DNA from: a virus
Taxonomy: Duplodnaviria > Caudoviricetes
Reading direction: 5' to 3' (one strand)
IMG/VR virus record: IMGVR_UViG_3300033074_001459
Coordinates: 207-64,206 of that record
DNA length: 64,000 bases
Part shown: positions 44,282 to 54,459 of the stretch, one piece after another
Numbering within the stretch: position 1 is the stretch's first letter
Layout of the letters: every line of letters begins with the position of its first letter
Notes under the pieces: generated by a model
Told to the model about the DNA's origin: nothing
The model's input: only the letters and a program-made list of their open reading frames with translations
The model's database searches: none
Program-made: the position numbers and the translations under genes

Positions 44282-44604
44282 GCACCTATTTATTAAGGTT
44301 CCTTAACAATTTAACCCGGGTGCTTTGACCCATCTGCTAGCAGGGTGCAAGCATACCAAGTATCTTTATACCGGTGCAAGCACCTTGAGAATCTTGACGT
44401 CGAGCTATCCCCCCGCAGGGGGTAAGCCCCCCTTGCCGTTCATTCCCCCTCTAGTCCATCAAGAGGGGTGGGGGTGGGAGCACTTCCCTGGACCACCGGA
44501 ACGCTGATTTTCGGCGGGCGCTTCTGGGCGGGGGAACCCGCAGGGGGCCCTCTCCTCCTTCCTCCCAGCACCCCTCCCCCTTGAGTATAGGAATATCCCC
44601 AAGG

Positions 44605-44663
44605 GTGACTTAAGTATTACCTGGAATATACGAATAGTCCAAAAAGTGACTTAAGTATTACCT
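44605..44663 (+). repeat. 18-bp direct repeat GTGACTTAAGTATTACCT x2 (41-bp period)
   Basis: Copies at 44605-44622 and 44646-44663. Confidence 0.9.
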
Positions 44664-44907
44664 AAAGGCGTAGTATTAATAGGGGAGTAGCTTACGCCCC
44701 ACAAATATGTCATACTGTGTAGATGACACCGATGACTCCACGTTCATCCAAAACTAAATCCACCGGGATGCATTCCGGGATGCATTACGTAATGTCGGAA
44801 AGGATTCCCTTGCTCCGGTTACTTACCGAATGGCCCTGGATGTTTTACCACCTTGCTTTGGGAGTGACCGCCCACTTGCAGCGGAGTCTCCAGAGAAAGG
44901 GTACGAA

Positions 44908-46766
44908 ATGACCCAGATACGCACCAGCAAGAGCCGTCAGCCCATCGTAAAGAATACCGCCAGGTACGTGGAGAACAACCCGATGAAATCTAAGTTTTAC
45001 GTGACACCCGTGACTATGCTGCATAGGTGTAGTACTCTCCTAGTACAATGCGTTCCGCCGACGAACATCAAAGGACCTCTTTTTTCAATACACCAGTGGA
45101 TGTAGTGAACAATGGTACCATTTAACTTGCTCCGTATTATGGTGGGGCTGGCGCGGCCAAGATGACCCTGTTGGCTCTGTCCACCCTTGGCTCTGTCCAC
45201 CCACTTCCTAAGACCAAGCCCCAGCTACTTCACCACAGAGGACATACTCCACATATACTGCCTGCTGAGTCTGAAAGAGGCGCTGAAAGGAGGGTTGTTG
45301 TGACCCAGGTGACTTTGCATTATTATAGAGGGGATGTGCACAGAACTCACGTTATCAGACTGGTGCATAATTGCTTCCTGATGCTGAGAGGGCGGCTGAG
45401 ATGAACCTGTTAAAAATCAGGCTGTACGATAAGGTCCCCGATTGGCCCGTTTACTTCTTTTCACCCAATCGGGTGACCCACAGGTGCTGTGTGCGCATGA
45501 CCTACAGGTGCTGTGTGCGCAGAGCGTTCCAGAAATCCTCCACGAGTATACTCGTACTTAGGGGAGGCGCACGATGACCCTGGTAAATGTGCATCTGTTC
45601 TATGGGTACCCGCCCACAGACTTGCAGCACCACATCGAAGTTTCGTATTCCATTGACATCGTGGACGTACCCGAGGACCTGATTCATAGGTATTACCCGT
45701 TCAGACTGAAACGACTCCTACGGGGAGGTAGACGATGACCCGGCTGAAGATGACCAACCACTATTCCCCCGTGGGGGAATCCCTATACTTTGACGGGCAT
45801 GAGTGGATAGACTTCAGCACACCCCTCAAGAGTCGGGTTCATCGCCTATGCATCATCCGCCTACAACGGAGATTTAAGGAGTTTCCAGTATGACCCCGAA
45901 ATCCCTTCCGACTTCCTACGAAGTGCGGCACACCTACCGCTGCCGACTACATGCCCACCCCGCCGTAAGTTTCCCTTTCCAGGACGCTCCTGCACCTTTT
46001 CTGCATTCCTCGGCGGTAATCCGACTGCAGATAGCCCTGGAGAAGAGGTATTCTTATGACCCCAATAGTCTGTTATGGCAGTAAGTCTACCCGGGAGATG
46101 CTATTCCGGGATGATTGGATCTTCCTGTACAGTCTCTGGGCTGGGTTTCGACACCCCGAGCAACCTACTCAGGTTGCTCACAGTGCCGTATCTCTCCTTG
46201 GTTACGCCTTATTTCGTAGACAGAGGAGGCTCCAGTGACCCTAGGAGATTTAACCAAATCACGTTTCAGGCACGGTACAAATTTCGATGATTCACCTTCG
46301 TATTTCGCACCGTGACCACCCATTGTACGAATCACGTTAGGAGTGTTTACCAAATGACCTCGATACTGACACCCAACCTTACCTACTATGCCCGTAACAT
46401 CCGGCGGCCACCTCATCTATTCGATACGGAATGGTCAACTGTGCGTTCTTATAGCGTTAACAGGTTGTTCGCCAAGTTGCAGGTGGTGTGGGTGGTGTGG
46501 TGACTTCTTTCAAAACCGCCAAGCATCGACCTTCGCTCATAGCCCTATCCGTTGCTATTAAGGAGACTGCCCCTATGATTCCCGTACACTCCACCAGTCT
46601 CAGTTTGGCCAATCGAGTATGGTGGCATCGCCTAAATGTGTTTTCGAACCACCCGGCTCCGGGATCCCCTGTTCCAGATGTCCGCTACTCGATTATGGTT
46701 AGCTTGTGCACCAATATGGGTGGTGCACTTTCTTACAATTTCATTATGCGAGGATACCGTCGATGA
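44908..46766 (+). other. Chain of about 10 translationally coupled micro-ORFs (26-80 aa)
   Basis: Starts at 44908, 45162, 45401, 45574, 45735, 45890, 46056, 46235, 46312/46354 and 46575; most have GGAG(G)-like RBS and (A/G)TGA stop-start overlaps. Confidence 0.5.
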
Positions 46767-46931
46767 CCCCTTTGGAGCTGACATAACATCCGGTCGTCAC
46801 AGCCTACTGCCGAGGTTGGACAGAGGCCGGTTTATTTGCATAACCTTACTCCTCGATTAGTAATTTCATCCGGTTGCCTACTTCACAAGTACGAGCTAAC
46901 CTACAAACACCCAACCGAAAGGAAGACCCAA

Positions 46932-47342
46932 ATGTACAGACACGGTGACCTATTGATCGTAAGCGCCCCCATCCCCCAGGATGCAGTCGTAACTCCGACA
47001 GACATCCTCGCGTACGGTGAAGCTACCGGCCATCATCACAAGCTGGTTCCATTCAGCCTGGATGAGAAATACCTGGTTTCGGAAGCCCGCCCCTCCGGCG
47101 GTTACGACGCCGAGTTCATCTCAGGTGCGGAGCTGCTCAAGCGTCAGCCTGTAGACTACATCGGAGGCAAGAAGGGGCCGGTCCTGTTCGAGAAGGACGG
47201 GGAGCTGTGGTTCCGATGCGAGAGCACTGTAGCCCTTACTCACCAGGAGCACAGCACCATCCTGCTACCTCCCGGCGACTACCGTAGCATCATTCAGCGG
47301 GAATACCAGCCCAAGGCCGTTCCCAGACGGGTGATTGACTGA
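46932..47342 (+). CDS. YRHGD/GEATGHHH small beta-fold protein, partner of DUF6745
   Basis: MYRHGDLLI, LAYGEATGHHH, LTHQEHSTI, YRSIIQREY motifs; GAAAGGA RBS. Confidence 0.7.
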   Translation: MYRHGDLLIVSAPIPQDAVVTPTDILAYGEATGHHHKLVPFSLDEKYLVSEARPSGGYDAEFISGAELLKRQPVDYIGGKKGPVLFEKDGELWFRCESTVALTHQEHSTILLPPGDYRSIIQREYQPKAVPRRVID

Positions 47343-47343
47343 A

Positions 47344-48384
47344 ATGACCAAAGCACAAAAAGACGCAATCGCGCAGCAGATTCGCGACAAGTGGACGCAG
47401 TTCGCTCTGGGAGGGGACGTTTCCATCGCCCCTTCCATTGTGGATTCCGTTCAGTGGGTGTATAGCCTGGACAAATTGCAGGCACCTCCGGTGTTTGTAG
47501 CGGGCAGCCCGTACGGCGCTCAGGTGGTGGCCAACTATTTGACCTCCCCCGACGCTGTGCGGTCGTTGGCAGCTTCTGACCCGTTCATCGCTGGGGTGAT
47601 TGCCGACACCGACCTGCAGTTGGAGAACCACGGAATCAAGCTGTCCCCCGTCCAGGGCCTCAAATCCCGAGTGGATAGCCTGGCCTTCTTGGACTCCGTT
47701 ACCAAACACCCCTTTACCAGTGAGAACGGTGCCCTGACGTACTTCGATTTCAACTACACAGGGATCGGGTACGACACTTCGTGGACCTCGTTCTACGAGT
47801 ACTTGTGCGAGATTAAGGAGTCGGTTAACCCCGATGACGACTGCTACAAACAGGTGGTAAGCTACTTGAAGTCAGGGGTGTGGGACAGCATCTTCTTCCT
47901 GGAAGCCGCTGTCGTATGCCGCAGACCTGCCGAGTCTCACTTTGACGACAACACCCGGCTACACAACCTTCGTGGTCCCGCAGTAGCCTGGTCTGACGGG
48001 TACGAGAACTACTTCATTCACAACATGTCTATCAACTCGGAATGGATCAAGAAGCCGGAAACCCTGTCTCTGGATGTGATCCTCAAGGAGCAGAACGTCG
48101 AACTCCGCCGAGCTATGGTCGAGATTGTTGGGATGAAGAGGTTCCTGTCCGAAGGCAGGGCTGTGGTCGTAGACTCCTGGGTGGACGGTGGAAAACAGTC
48201 GGGCGACTTGGTTCGCCTGGAGGTTGAAGACGACGAACCCGTTCAGGTTTACATCTACAGGGACCCCAGCACTGGCAAAGAGGGGCCATTGCGGGTGCCA
48301 CCTGACATCACTTCTGCGAAAGATGCTGTAGCCTGGACCTACAACATTCCTCCAGAAGAGTACAACCCTCTGGTGGAGGCTTGA
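47344..48384 (+). CDS. DUF6745-like protein
   Basis: LHNLRGPAVAWSDG, EQNVELRRAMVEIVG, DPSTGKE..LRVPPDI..AKDAVAWTY motifs. Confidence 0.65.
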   Translation: MTKAQKDAIAQQIRDKWTQFALGGDVSIAPSIVDSVQWVYSLDKLQAPPVFVAGSPYGAQVVANYLTSPDAVRSLAASDPFIAGVIADTDLQLENHGIKLSPVQGLKSRVDSLAFLDSVTKHPFTSENGALTYFDFNYTGIGYDTSWTSFYEYLCEIKESVNPDDDCYKQVVSYLKSGVWDSIFFLEAAVVCRRPAESHFDDNTRLHNLRGPAVAWSDGYENYFIHNMSINSEWIKKPETLSLDVILKEQNVELRRAMVEIVGMKRFLSEGRAVVVDSWVDGGKQSGDLVRLEVEDDEPVQVYIYRDPSTGKEGPLRVPPDITSAKDAVAWTYNIPPEEYNPLVEA

Positions 48385-48863
48385 TGGCAACAACTCACAA
48401 AGAGATGTACACCTTGGTTGATGAAAAGACCGAGATGCCTGTCGAATCGGCAGTCGTAGACGGCAAAATGGTGCTCAAGCTGGGGGACTTCCGAGTCAGT
48501 CAGCACGACATCGTCAACCTTTGCGGGTCACTCCTGCGAACCATTATCCTTCACGCCAGTGAGATGCCTGAGTTCAGGAGTATCCCTCCTTCTCGTGCGG
48601 TACACCCTATGGCGGCTGTAGACGAAATGCAGAACAGAATGGAGCAGCTCAAATCAGAGATCGTACGCAATGCGCTGTCCACCGTCATCAACAAGGACTT
48701 CGTACCAGAGGCGGTGCTTGCAGTACATTTCGACGTTTGCGCCGAGCAGCCGAAGCTCATTTCCAGTAACGGAAATCCGATGGGAATGAAGATAACCCAC
48801 GTAGTTCCGTCTTTTGTAGCGTTCCCGGCAACTCCTGAAGAGGGAGTCAGGGCAATCAGGTAG
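48384..48863 (+). CDS. Hypothetical protein
   Basis: GGAGG RBS; TGATG overlap with the upstream gene. Confidence 0.6.
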   Translation: MATTHKEMYTLVDEKTEMPVESAVVDGKMVLKLGDFRVSQHDIVNLCGSLLRTIILHASEMPEFRSIPPSRAVHPMAAVDEMQNRMEQLKSEIVRNALSTVINKDFVPEAVLAVHFDVCAEQPKLISSNGNPMGMKITHVVPSFVAFPATPEEGVRAIR

Positions 48864-48891
48864 AACCAGTCTGTATACACCCTTCCTTAGT

Positions 48892-48924
48892 GCCTCTGCG
48901 GCCCCCTCCGCAGGGGCTTTTTTT
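48892..48924 (+). terminator. Rho-independent terminator
   Basis: GCCTCTGCGG-loop-CCGCAGGGGC followed by TTTTTTT. Confidence 0.85.
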
Positions 48925-48932
48925 ATTACCTA

Positions 48933-49550
48933 TTGCCTGATTGGTACGCATATACTATTCTGCAAAGGATGAGTAGCCGTTCCGTAAACAGCAACCTGCG
49001 CTGGGTTTTTGACGAATTTATGCAAAACCCGGACCCGTACGACCTGCGTCCGACCATAGCATCTCTGGAAACTCTGGCCGTAGAGTTGCGCGATGCGGTC
49101 GAAACCAACAACGCGCAGAAGCGTCACGAGTTCTACCAGAAGGTATCGGTCGCCTCAGCCAAGGCCGTATCCAGGCGTCACGAAATCGAATCTCTCGGCC
49201 TGGACCGGGACCAGCTTACCAACTTCGTTATGGACTTGGCCGAGGAGCTGTATGAAGCGGTACGCCGTTCGTATGAAGCTACGTTTGGAACCTCATTGAC
49301 TATCACCCCAGACCAGGCAAAAGTTATGGCCACCATTGTGGAGGCCAAGGGTAAGATGGTCGAGCGGTACAAGAAGATGGCTGAGAACACTACCGTGGCC
49401 CTGGATTACGATGACCAGTTGCTTGCACTCATCATTCAATTCCTGTCTCAGGTGGTCATCCCGAATGTATCGGATATGCGAGAGAGAGCTGCAATAGCCA
49501 CGGCAGCCAAGGCATTCTTGCCCACCCGAAGCCTGACGGCCCCTAAATGA
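48933..49550 (+). CDS. Terminase small subunit candidate
   Basis: Helical protein immediately upstream of and overlapping TerL; start uncertain (48933 or 48969). Confidence 0.5.
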   Translation: MPDWYAYTILQRMSSRSVNSNLRWVFDEFMQNPDPYDLRPTIASLETLAVELRDAVETNNAQKRHEFYQKVSVASAKAVSRRHEIESLGLDRDQLTNFVMDLAEELYEAVRRSYEATFGTSLTITPDQAKVMATIVEAKGKMVERYKKMAENTTVALDYDDQLLALIIQFLSQVVIPNVSDMRERAAIATAAKAFLPTRSLTAPK

Positions 49551-51643
49551 AGGACCGCATAGTCTTACAGAACGGCCGGTTGCCCAGCAAGAGGGACATC
49601 CTCTTTGCCAAGATAGGGGAGCTTCTCGACGCCAACAACAATATGGCTTCAGCTCTGGACGGAAAGTTCCAGCCCAACCCCAACCAGCAGAAGCTGTTCG
49701 ATATGATTGAGCACTCCGAAGTGCCTATGGACAAGTGGATTCACATGCTCCTGTTCGGCCCCCGTGGGTGTCTGAGCGAAGATACTGTTGTCCCTTTTGT
49801 CATTCGGGATGAAGAGGGAGGAATTGTCAATAAAAAGGGCGGGACTATTTCCCGCTTGTATGAAAGATTCCATCGCATCCGGGTTGGCGGTAAAGGCAAG
49901 AACCGAATCGTACCTTTGGGTTACACTTTTCATCTGCCTTCTGTGGATGAGGCTACAGGTATCATATCGACTAACCGCATATTAGACGTCATCGACAACG
50001 GAGTTAGGCAGACGTACACTTTAACCACAGACAGCGGACGTACAATCGAAGCCACAAGCAATCATCCGTTCCTCATCCCATCGGGTCGGTACGTTCCTCT
50101 TGGCGATTTGAAGCCAGGGGATGGCGTTATGGTGCACGCCAATGTGAGGAAAGAACCATATTGCGCCACCGAGGAGAAAGTGGTGAACATAACACCCTCT
50201 AAGGTAACGAGGGTGTACGATATTACGATGGAAGCCCCGCATCACAACTTTCCTGCCAATGGGTTTTTTGTCCACAACTCAGGGAAGAGTATAGGTGCTT
50301 ACGCGTATACCATAAACTGCTTGACGAAGTACCCTGGTTCAAGGGCGCTCGGTGTGCGTACCACCAGTACGGACATCAAAGACAGCATCTACGGCGATTG
50401 CGTGAAGTTCTTGAACCGGTACGGTATACCCTACACCCCTAACGTATCGGATACCACGCTGACTCTGGCCAACGGCTCGGTGTTCCGAATGCGGTCTGAC
50501 AAGGCCCTAACCGATTCTCACTCTGACAAGAGCCACGCCCTGGGCTCTACGTCCTACAACATCGTGATTTTCGAAGAGGCCGACTCCATTTCCCAGGAGC
50601 TGGCTATCTCGATGGCCGGTTCTATGCGCCACCCCGGGAAGTTTCGCAAGGTCATCTTCTACCTGTGCAACCCGCCTTCCAAGCGCCACTGGCTGTGGAA
50701 GATGTTCCACGAAGGTAATGACCCGTACAACGACGCTTCCTCCAGGCGACGGGCTCTGTACTGTGCGGCTGAAGATAACGTGCAGCACGTAGGCACCGGG
50801 TATGTGGAAGCAATGCGAGAGGACTTTGGTATGAATCCTAATCTGGCCAAGCGACTGGGCTACGGCTTGCCCGGAGCCGACGTGAAGGGCACCCCCTACT
50901 TCGCGCAGGATTTCGTCAAAGGCATCCACGTCAGCGAAGTACCGCTGGTCTGGAACCCGGCGTACCCCCTTCAGCGGGGCTGGGACTTCGGATTCGAGGG
51001 TATGGCTATGGTAGTCCTCCAGGCCGACCCGGACCTGAATCAGATTCGCGTGTTCCGGGCCATTCTGGAGCAGCAGAGCTTGATCGACCCGTTCTGCGAT
51101 AAGTGGCTACCCATCCTGGAGAAGGATTTCCCCGGGGCGGTTTGGGAGGATTACGGTGATCCGGCCGGTAGGCAACAGACCCACAGGAGCGCCAAGACTG
51201 ACTTCGATGTGCTCAAGGAACGAGGCTTACGGCCCAAGTACTCCGTATCGGGGGTGGCTTGGGGGCTGTCGGTCATCTCCAACCTTCTACGCACCTTCCA
51301 CAAGGGTCGCCCGAAGCTCATCATCTCCCCAGAAGCCGAGTTGTTGGTGGAAGCCTTCGAGGGAGGCTACTGCAATATGAAGGGGGTTACCGACACGGAG
51401 CCCCGACCCAAGAAGGATGGTGTATACGACCACATCTTCGACGCCTTCAGGTACATCGTGGTATGCTTGCGCCAGCCCAGCATCGAGTATGTACGCGGGG
51501 CTCGGGCCGGGTACGTCAGTATGGCCGAAGGCGATGACCTCTTTGCAAAAGACCTGACTAGGAGTAATGTACTGAGAACCCAAAGTAGAGGTATCCAGGT
51601 GCCACCGCGCCGAGGATTTGGAGGTAGCCTTCTAAATGGATAG
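49547..51643 (+). CDS. terL: Terminase large subunit (intein-containing)
   Basis: GPRG|SGKS Walker A after splicing; IVIFEEAD Walker B; YLCNPP; RGWDFG; DPAG; DHIFDAFRY nuclease motifs. Confidence 0.9.
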   Translation: MKDRIVLQNGRLPSKRDILFAKIGELLDANNNMASALDGKFQPNPNQQKLFDMIEHSEVPMDKWIHMLLFGPRGCLSEDTVVPFVIRDEEGGIVNKKGGTISRLYERFHRIRVGGKGKNRIVPLGYTFHLPSVDEATGIISTNRILDVIDNGVRQTYTLTTDSGRTIEATSNHPFLIPSGRYVPLGDLKPGDGVMVHANVRKEPYCATEEKVVNITPSKVTRVYDITMEAPHHNFPANGFFVHNSGKSIGAYAYTINCLTKYPGSRALGVRTTSTDIKDSIYGDCVKFLNRYGIPYTPNVSDTTLTLANGSVFRMRSDKALTDSHSDKSHALGSTSYNIVIFEEADSISQELAISMAGSMRHPGKFRKVIFYLCNPPSKRHWLWKMFHEGNDPYNDASSRRRALYCAAEDNVQHVGTGYVEAMREDFGMNPNLAKRLGYGLPGADVKGTPYFAQDFVKGIHVSEVPLVWNPAYPLQRGWDFGFEGMAMVVLQADPDLNQIRVFRAILEQQSLIDPFCDKWLPILEKDFPGAVWEDYGDPAGRQQTHRSAKTDFDVLKERGLRPKYSVSGVAWGLSVISNLLRTFHKGRPKLIISPEAELLVEAFEGGYCNMKGVTDTEPRPKKDGVYDHIFDAFRYIVVCLRQPSIEYVRGARAGYVSMAEGDDLFAKDLTRSNVLRTQSRGIQVPPRRGFGGSLLNG
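49769..50278 (+). mobile_element. Mini-intein, 170 aa, no homing endonuclease
   Basis: Starts CLSEDT; has IEATSNHPFL (block B), VYDITME (block F) and ends FVHN followed by Ser. Confidence 0.9.
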
Positions 51644-53783
51644 ATTTGGCACGCTGGCGTACGGTTACGACGGAAAGAATCCTCTGGTCAACCGCAAGGA
51701 ACTGGAGGAACACGGGGTATATGAGGACGACTCCGCTATTCAGGCCCCCTCCACCACCGGTCACGAAGACAAAAACGAAGATGTCTATACCCAGGCTTTG
51801 CTGGAAGCGTTCAAAAAGGTGTGGGACATCGAAGATTTGCGGTACACCCCCATCAAGAACCGTATGCTTGCAGCGTGGCATCTGTACCACATGACCTACG
51901 AGAAGAACATCGACGCCGACCAGAGCGATAAACGGTACCCGGCGGCTATGATGCTGGTCGAGCGTATCGCTTCTCAGTTTATGAGGATGATTGATTCCAC
52001 CCCGAACTGGTTCCAGCCGGTGGCTCTCATCCCTCAGCAACAGGTGCTATACAACCTTGTGAAGCGGTTTGTCCGATGTATTACCGACAAGCGCGACAGC
52101 TACAACCACGAGTTCTGGGCGATGATTGAGGAGGGGTTCAAATCCGGCATCATCGGGGGGCAGATGATTGCCCAGATTGTACCGATGGAGGACGAGCAGA
52201 AGATATTGGCTCAGCCGTCCGAACAGGACAACGAATGGTTCGATATGCTCTCCTTGCTAGACACCTTCGTCGATAACCCCGATGCCGACAAGAAAGGGGA
52301 GCGCCCCTTCATTCCAAACCCCTCCATCCCCAGGCTCTCGCTTACCACCTTGCCTGCTGAGAACTTCCTGATGGATTCCACCGGCCACAACCGGTATAGA
52401 ATGTGGACTCAACTGGTACCAGTTGCCACCGTGTTTGACCAAGCTGCTGCCAAAGGTTTCGACGAAGAAGCCCTACGCCGGGCCAAGCAGAAACGCGCTG
52501 GTGGCATCTCTGACTCCAACAAGTACACGTTGTACACCCGGGAAGGCATGGGTGTTGATACCAACCCACCGGAAGGTATGATGCGCTTGCACTTCTTTGA
52601 AGGCACCCTTCCAGACCCGGTACGTGGGGCGGTGCTGTTCACCAAGAAGATTATGGTGATGGCCAACGGGTGCGAAATCATCTTGAAGCCTACCCCAATT
52701 CCGTTCTGGGATGGTGGGTTCTCCACGATTCACGGGAAGTTCATCTCCCCTCCTCACAGCGTGTACGGTAAGGGTATCCTCAGCGAGAACGCCGATAACC
52801 TGGACGTGAAGAACGATGTCATCAACCGCCTGCTGGATTGGGTACGCGCGGTGCTGAATCCGGGGTATGAAGAAGACCAGGACAAACTGGACGAGGAGGA
52901 ACTCCGCTCCCCCAGGGGGATGTTCCCCGGCCGAATCATCCGTACTCGGGATACCAACGGGCAGCCTGTATACCGGGCAATCAGCCCCGGCGAAATCCCT
53001 CAGTCCTTCTGGAACGTGTTCCAAGTGCTAGACGCCTATTCCCAGACATCGGATGGAACAAATGGGATGCTTGCAGGAGGCACCCGCACCCGAGGCCGTA
53101 TTACTGCCGACGAATTCAACACCCGTCAAGCCGATTCTAGCACCCTGTTCTGGGGAATTTTCCAGGGATTGGAGCGATGGCTGGCCGAGCTACTCCGCAT
53201 TTACTTCCTGCGCACGTTGCAGTACACCCCTGACCGGGTATGGTCGGACTGGGTGAAGATAGAGGCCAAGGCTCTGATACCTAAAGGCATCGAACCCAAT
53301 CTGGCAGCACAGTGGCAGCAGATGTTTGACACGGTCGCATCGTGGGATTCCGAAACCCGGTACCGCCTGCTGGGCGGGTACTTCAGCTTCTCGGTCAAGG
53401 TGTTCTCGGCCCTGGCTGAGCGACAGGCCGAAATCGAGAAAATCACCTTTATGCTACGTCAGCTTGCACAGGTGCAAGGCGCATTCCAGTCTCTGCAGCT
53501 CCCCAAGATTATGCTCAAGATGGTGGAAGCCTTCGGATGGGACCCCGAAGAGGTCCTGAATCCGGCGGTTATCCCCATTCCTGACACGGATTTGCTACCC
53601 CCCAGCCCCACTGACCCCAAAGGTGGAGTACCTGAGCAAGAAGATGAAGGGCTGGATTTGTCAGGTGGGGCTATGCAAGCACTGATGTCGGGTATGGGTC
53701 AGCTAGCACCCAATCAAACAGCCCCTATTCCAGGCGGGCCGAGGCAACCTAGTGTTAATCCTCCGCATCCTGTGGTAGAGTAG
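51636..53783 (+). CDS. Portal protein (podovirus/P22-like)
   Basis: Follows TerL; 715 aa; PHSVYGKG, PGRIIR, ITADEFNTRQ motifs; Pro/Gln-rich tail. Confidence 0.8.
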   Translation: MDRFGTLAYGYDGKNPLVNRKELEEHGVYEDDSAIQAPSTTGHEDKNEDVYTQALLEAFKKVWDIEDLRYTPIKNRMLAAWHLYHMTYEKNIDADQSDKRYPAAMMLVERIASQFMRMIDSTPNWFQPVALIPQQQVLYNLVKRFVRCITDKRDSYNHEFWAMIEEGFKSGIIGGQMIAQIVPMEDEQKILAQPSEQDNEWFDMLSLLDTFVDNPDADKKGERPFIPNPSIPRLSLTTLPAENFLMDSTGHNRYRMWTQLVPVATVFDQAAAKGFDEEALRRAKQKRAGGISDSNKYTLYTREGMGVDTNPPEGMMRLHFFEGTLPDPVRGAVLFTKKIMVMANGCEIILKPTPIPFWDGGFSTIHGKFISPPHSVYGKGILSENADNLDVKNDVINRLLDWVRAVLNPGYEEDQDKLDEEELRSPRGMFPGRIIRTRDTNGQPVYRAISPGEIPQSFWNVFQVLDAYSQTSDGTNGMLAGGTRTRGRITADEFNTRQADSSTLFWGIFQGLERWLAELLRIYFLRTLQYTPDRVWSDWVKIEAKALIPKGIEPNLAAQWQQMFDTVASWDSETRYRLLGGYFSFSVKVFSALAERQAEIEKITFMLRQLAQVQGAFQSLQLPKIMLKMVEAFGWDPEEVLNPAVIPIPDTDLLPPSPTDPKGGVPEQEDEGLDLSGGAMQALMSGMGQLAPNQTAPIPGGPRQPSVNPPHPVVE

Positions 53784-53800
53784 CGCAGGAGGAATGTACT

Positions 53801-54007
53801 ATGGCAGATGAATTCTCCGTATTCCCGCTGAAATACGAGATTGCCTCGAAAGGACCCAGTCCCCACGAGGCAAAATTCCCGAAACCTGGTTCTCCTAACC
53901 GAGGCCCCGGGTATTTGGGAAGGGAGATGAGCTTGGAGGACTATCGGTGCTCGGAGTCTCATTCCCCCAGGTACGCTGAAATCCTGACAAAAGAAGTCAG
54001 AAAGTAG
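53801..54007 (+). CDS. Hypothetical protein, 68 aa
   Basis: AGGAGG RBS. Confidence 0.55.
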   Translation: MADEFSVFPLKYEIASKGPSPHEAKFPKPGSPNRGPGYLGREMSLEDYRCSESHSPRYAEILTKEVRK

Positions 54008-54017
54008 GAGGTGACAC

Positions 54018-54194
54018 ATGCCCGAGTGGAAGCAGAAGTTCACCAACCCGGCTAAAACCGGTGAGGACCAAGGAACCACGTTCATCCATACCAAGGTCGA
54101 AGACGCAATGTCGGAGATCCCCAAGGCTAAGCTCAACAATGAGCACGTGACTCGCGGCGAGAATAAGTTCTCGCAGTACCCCAAGGCTATCTAA
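54018..54194 (+). CDS. Hypothetical protein, 58 aa (MPEWKQKFTNP…)
   Basis: AGGAGG RBS; not in the ORF track. Confidence 0.55.
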   Translation: MPEWKQKFTNPAKTGEDQGTTFIHTKVEDAMSEIPKAKLNNEHVTRGENKFSQYPKAI

Positions 54195-54195
54195 C

Positions 54196-54459
54196 GTGCT
54201 GGATTGGACCGGTGAGCCCGCCTCAGTTGCCGAGCAAATCCTTTTGGATACACTCACCAAGCAACGAGAGCGACTCATTGACAAGCTGGCCGATGCAGAG
54301 CCTTGTTTTGACTCTCTCCTCGCCCTGCGTGCTGAGGCCATTTGCATACGACAGATGACCAAGGACGCGCACACTGAAATTAACAGGCACTATCGCCCGC
54401 CTAACGGTGAAAGGATCGGACACAATGGCATTCGCACCAGGCCCATTCGGGAGCAGTAG
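54196..54459 (+). CDS. Hypothetical helical protein
   Basis: GTG start right after the upstream stop; typical small gene between portal and scaffold. Confidence 0.5.
   Translation: MLDWTGEPASVAEQILLDTLTKQRERLIDKLADAEPCFDSLLALRAEAICIRQMTKDAHTEINRHYRPPNGERIGHNGIRTRPIREQ

Larger units (their letters stand above)
43430..44900. other. Divergent non-coding control region (candidate genome end, origin or promoter region)
   Basis: No convincing ORF; located at the strand switch; contains palindromes, G/C runs and five GTGCAAGCA copies. Confidence 0.65.
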
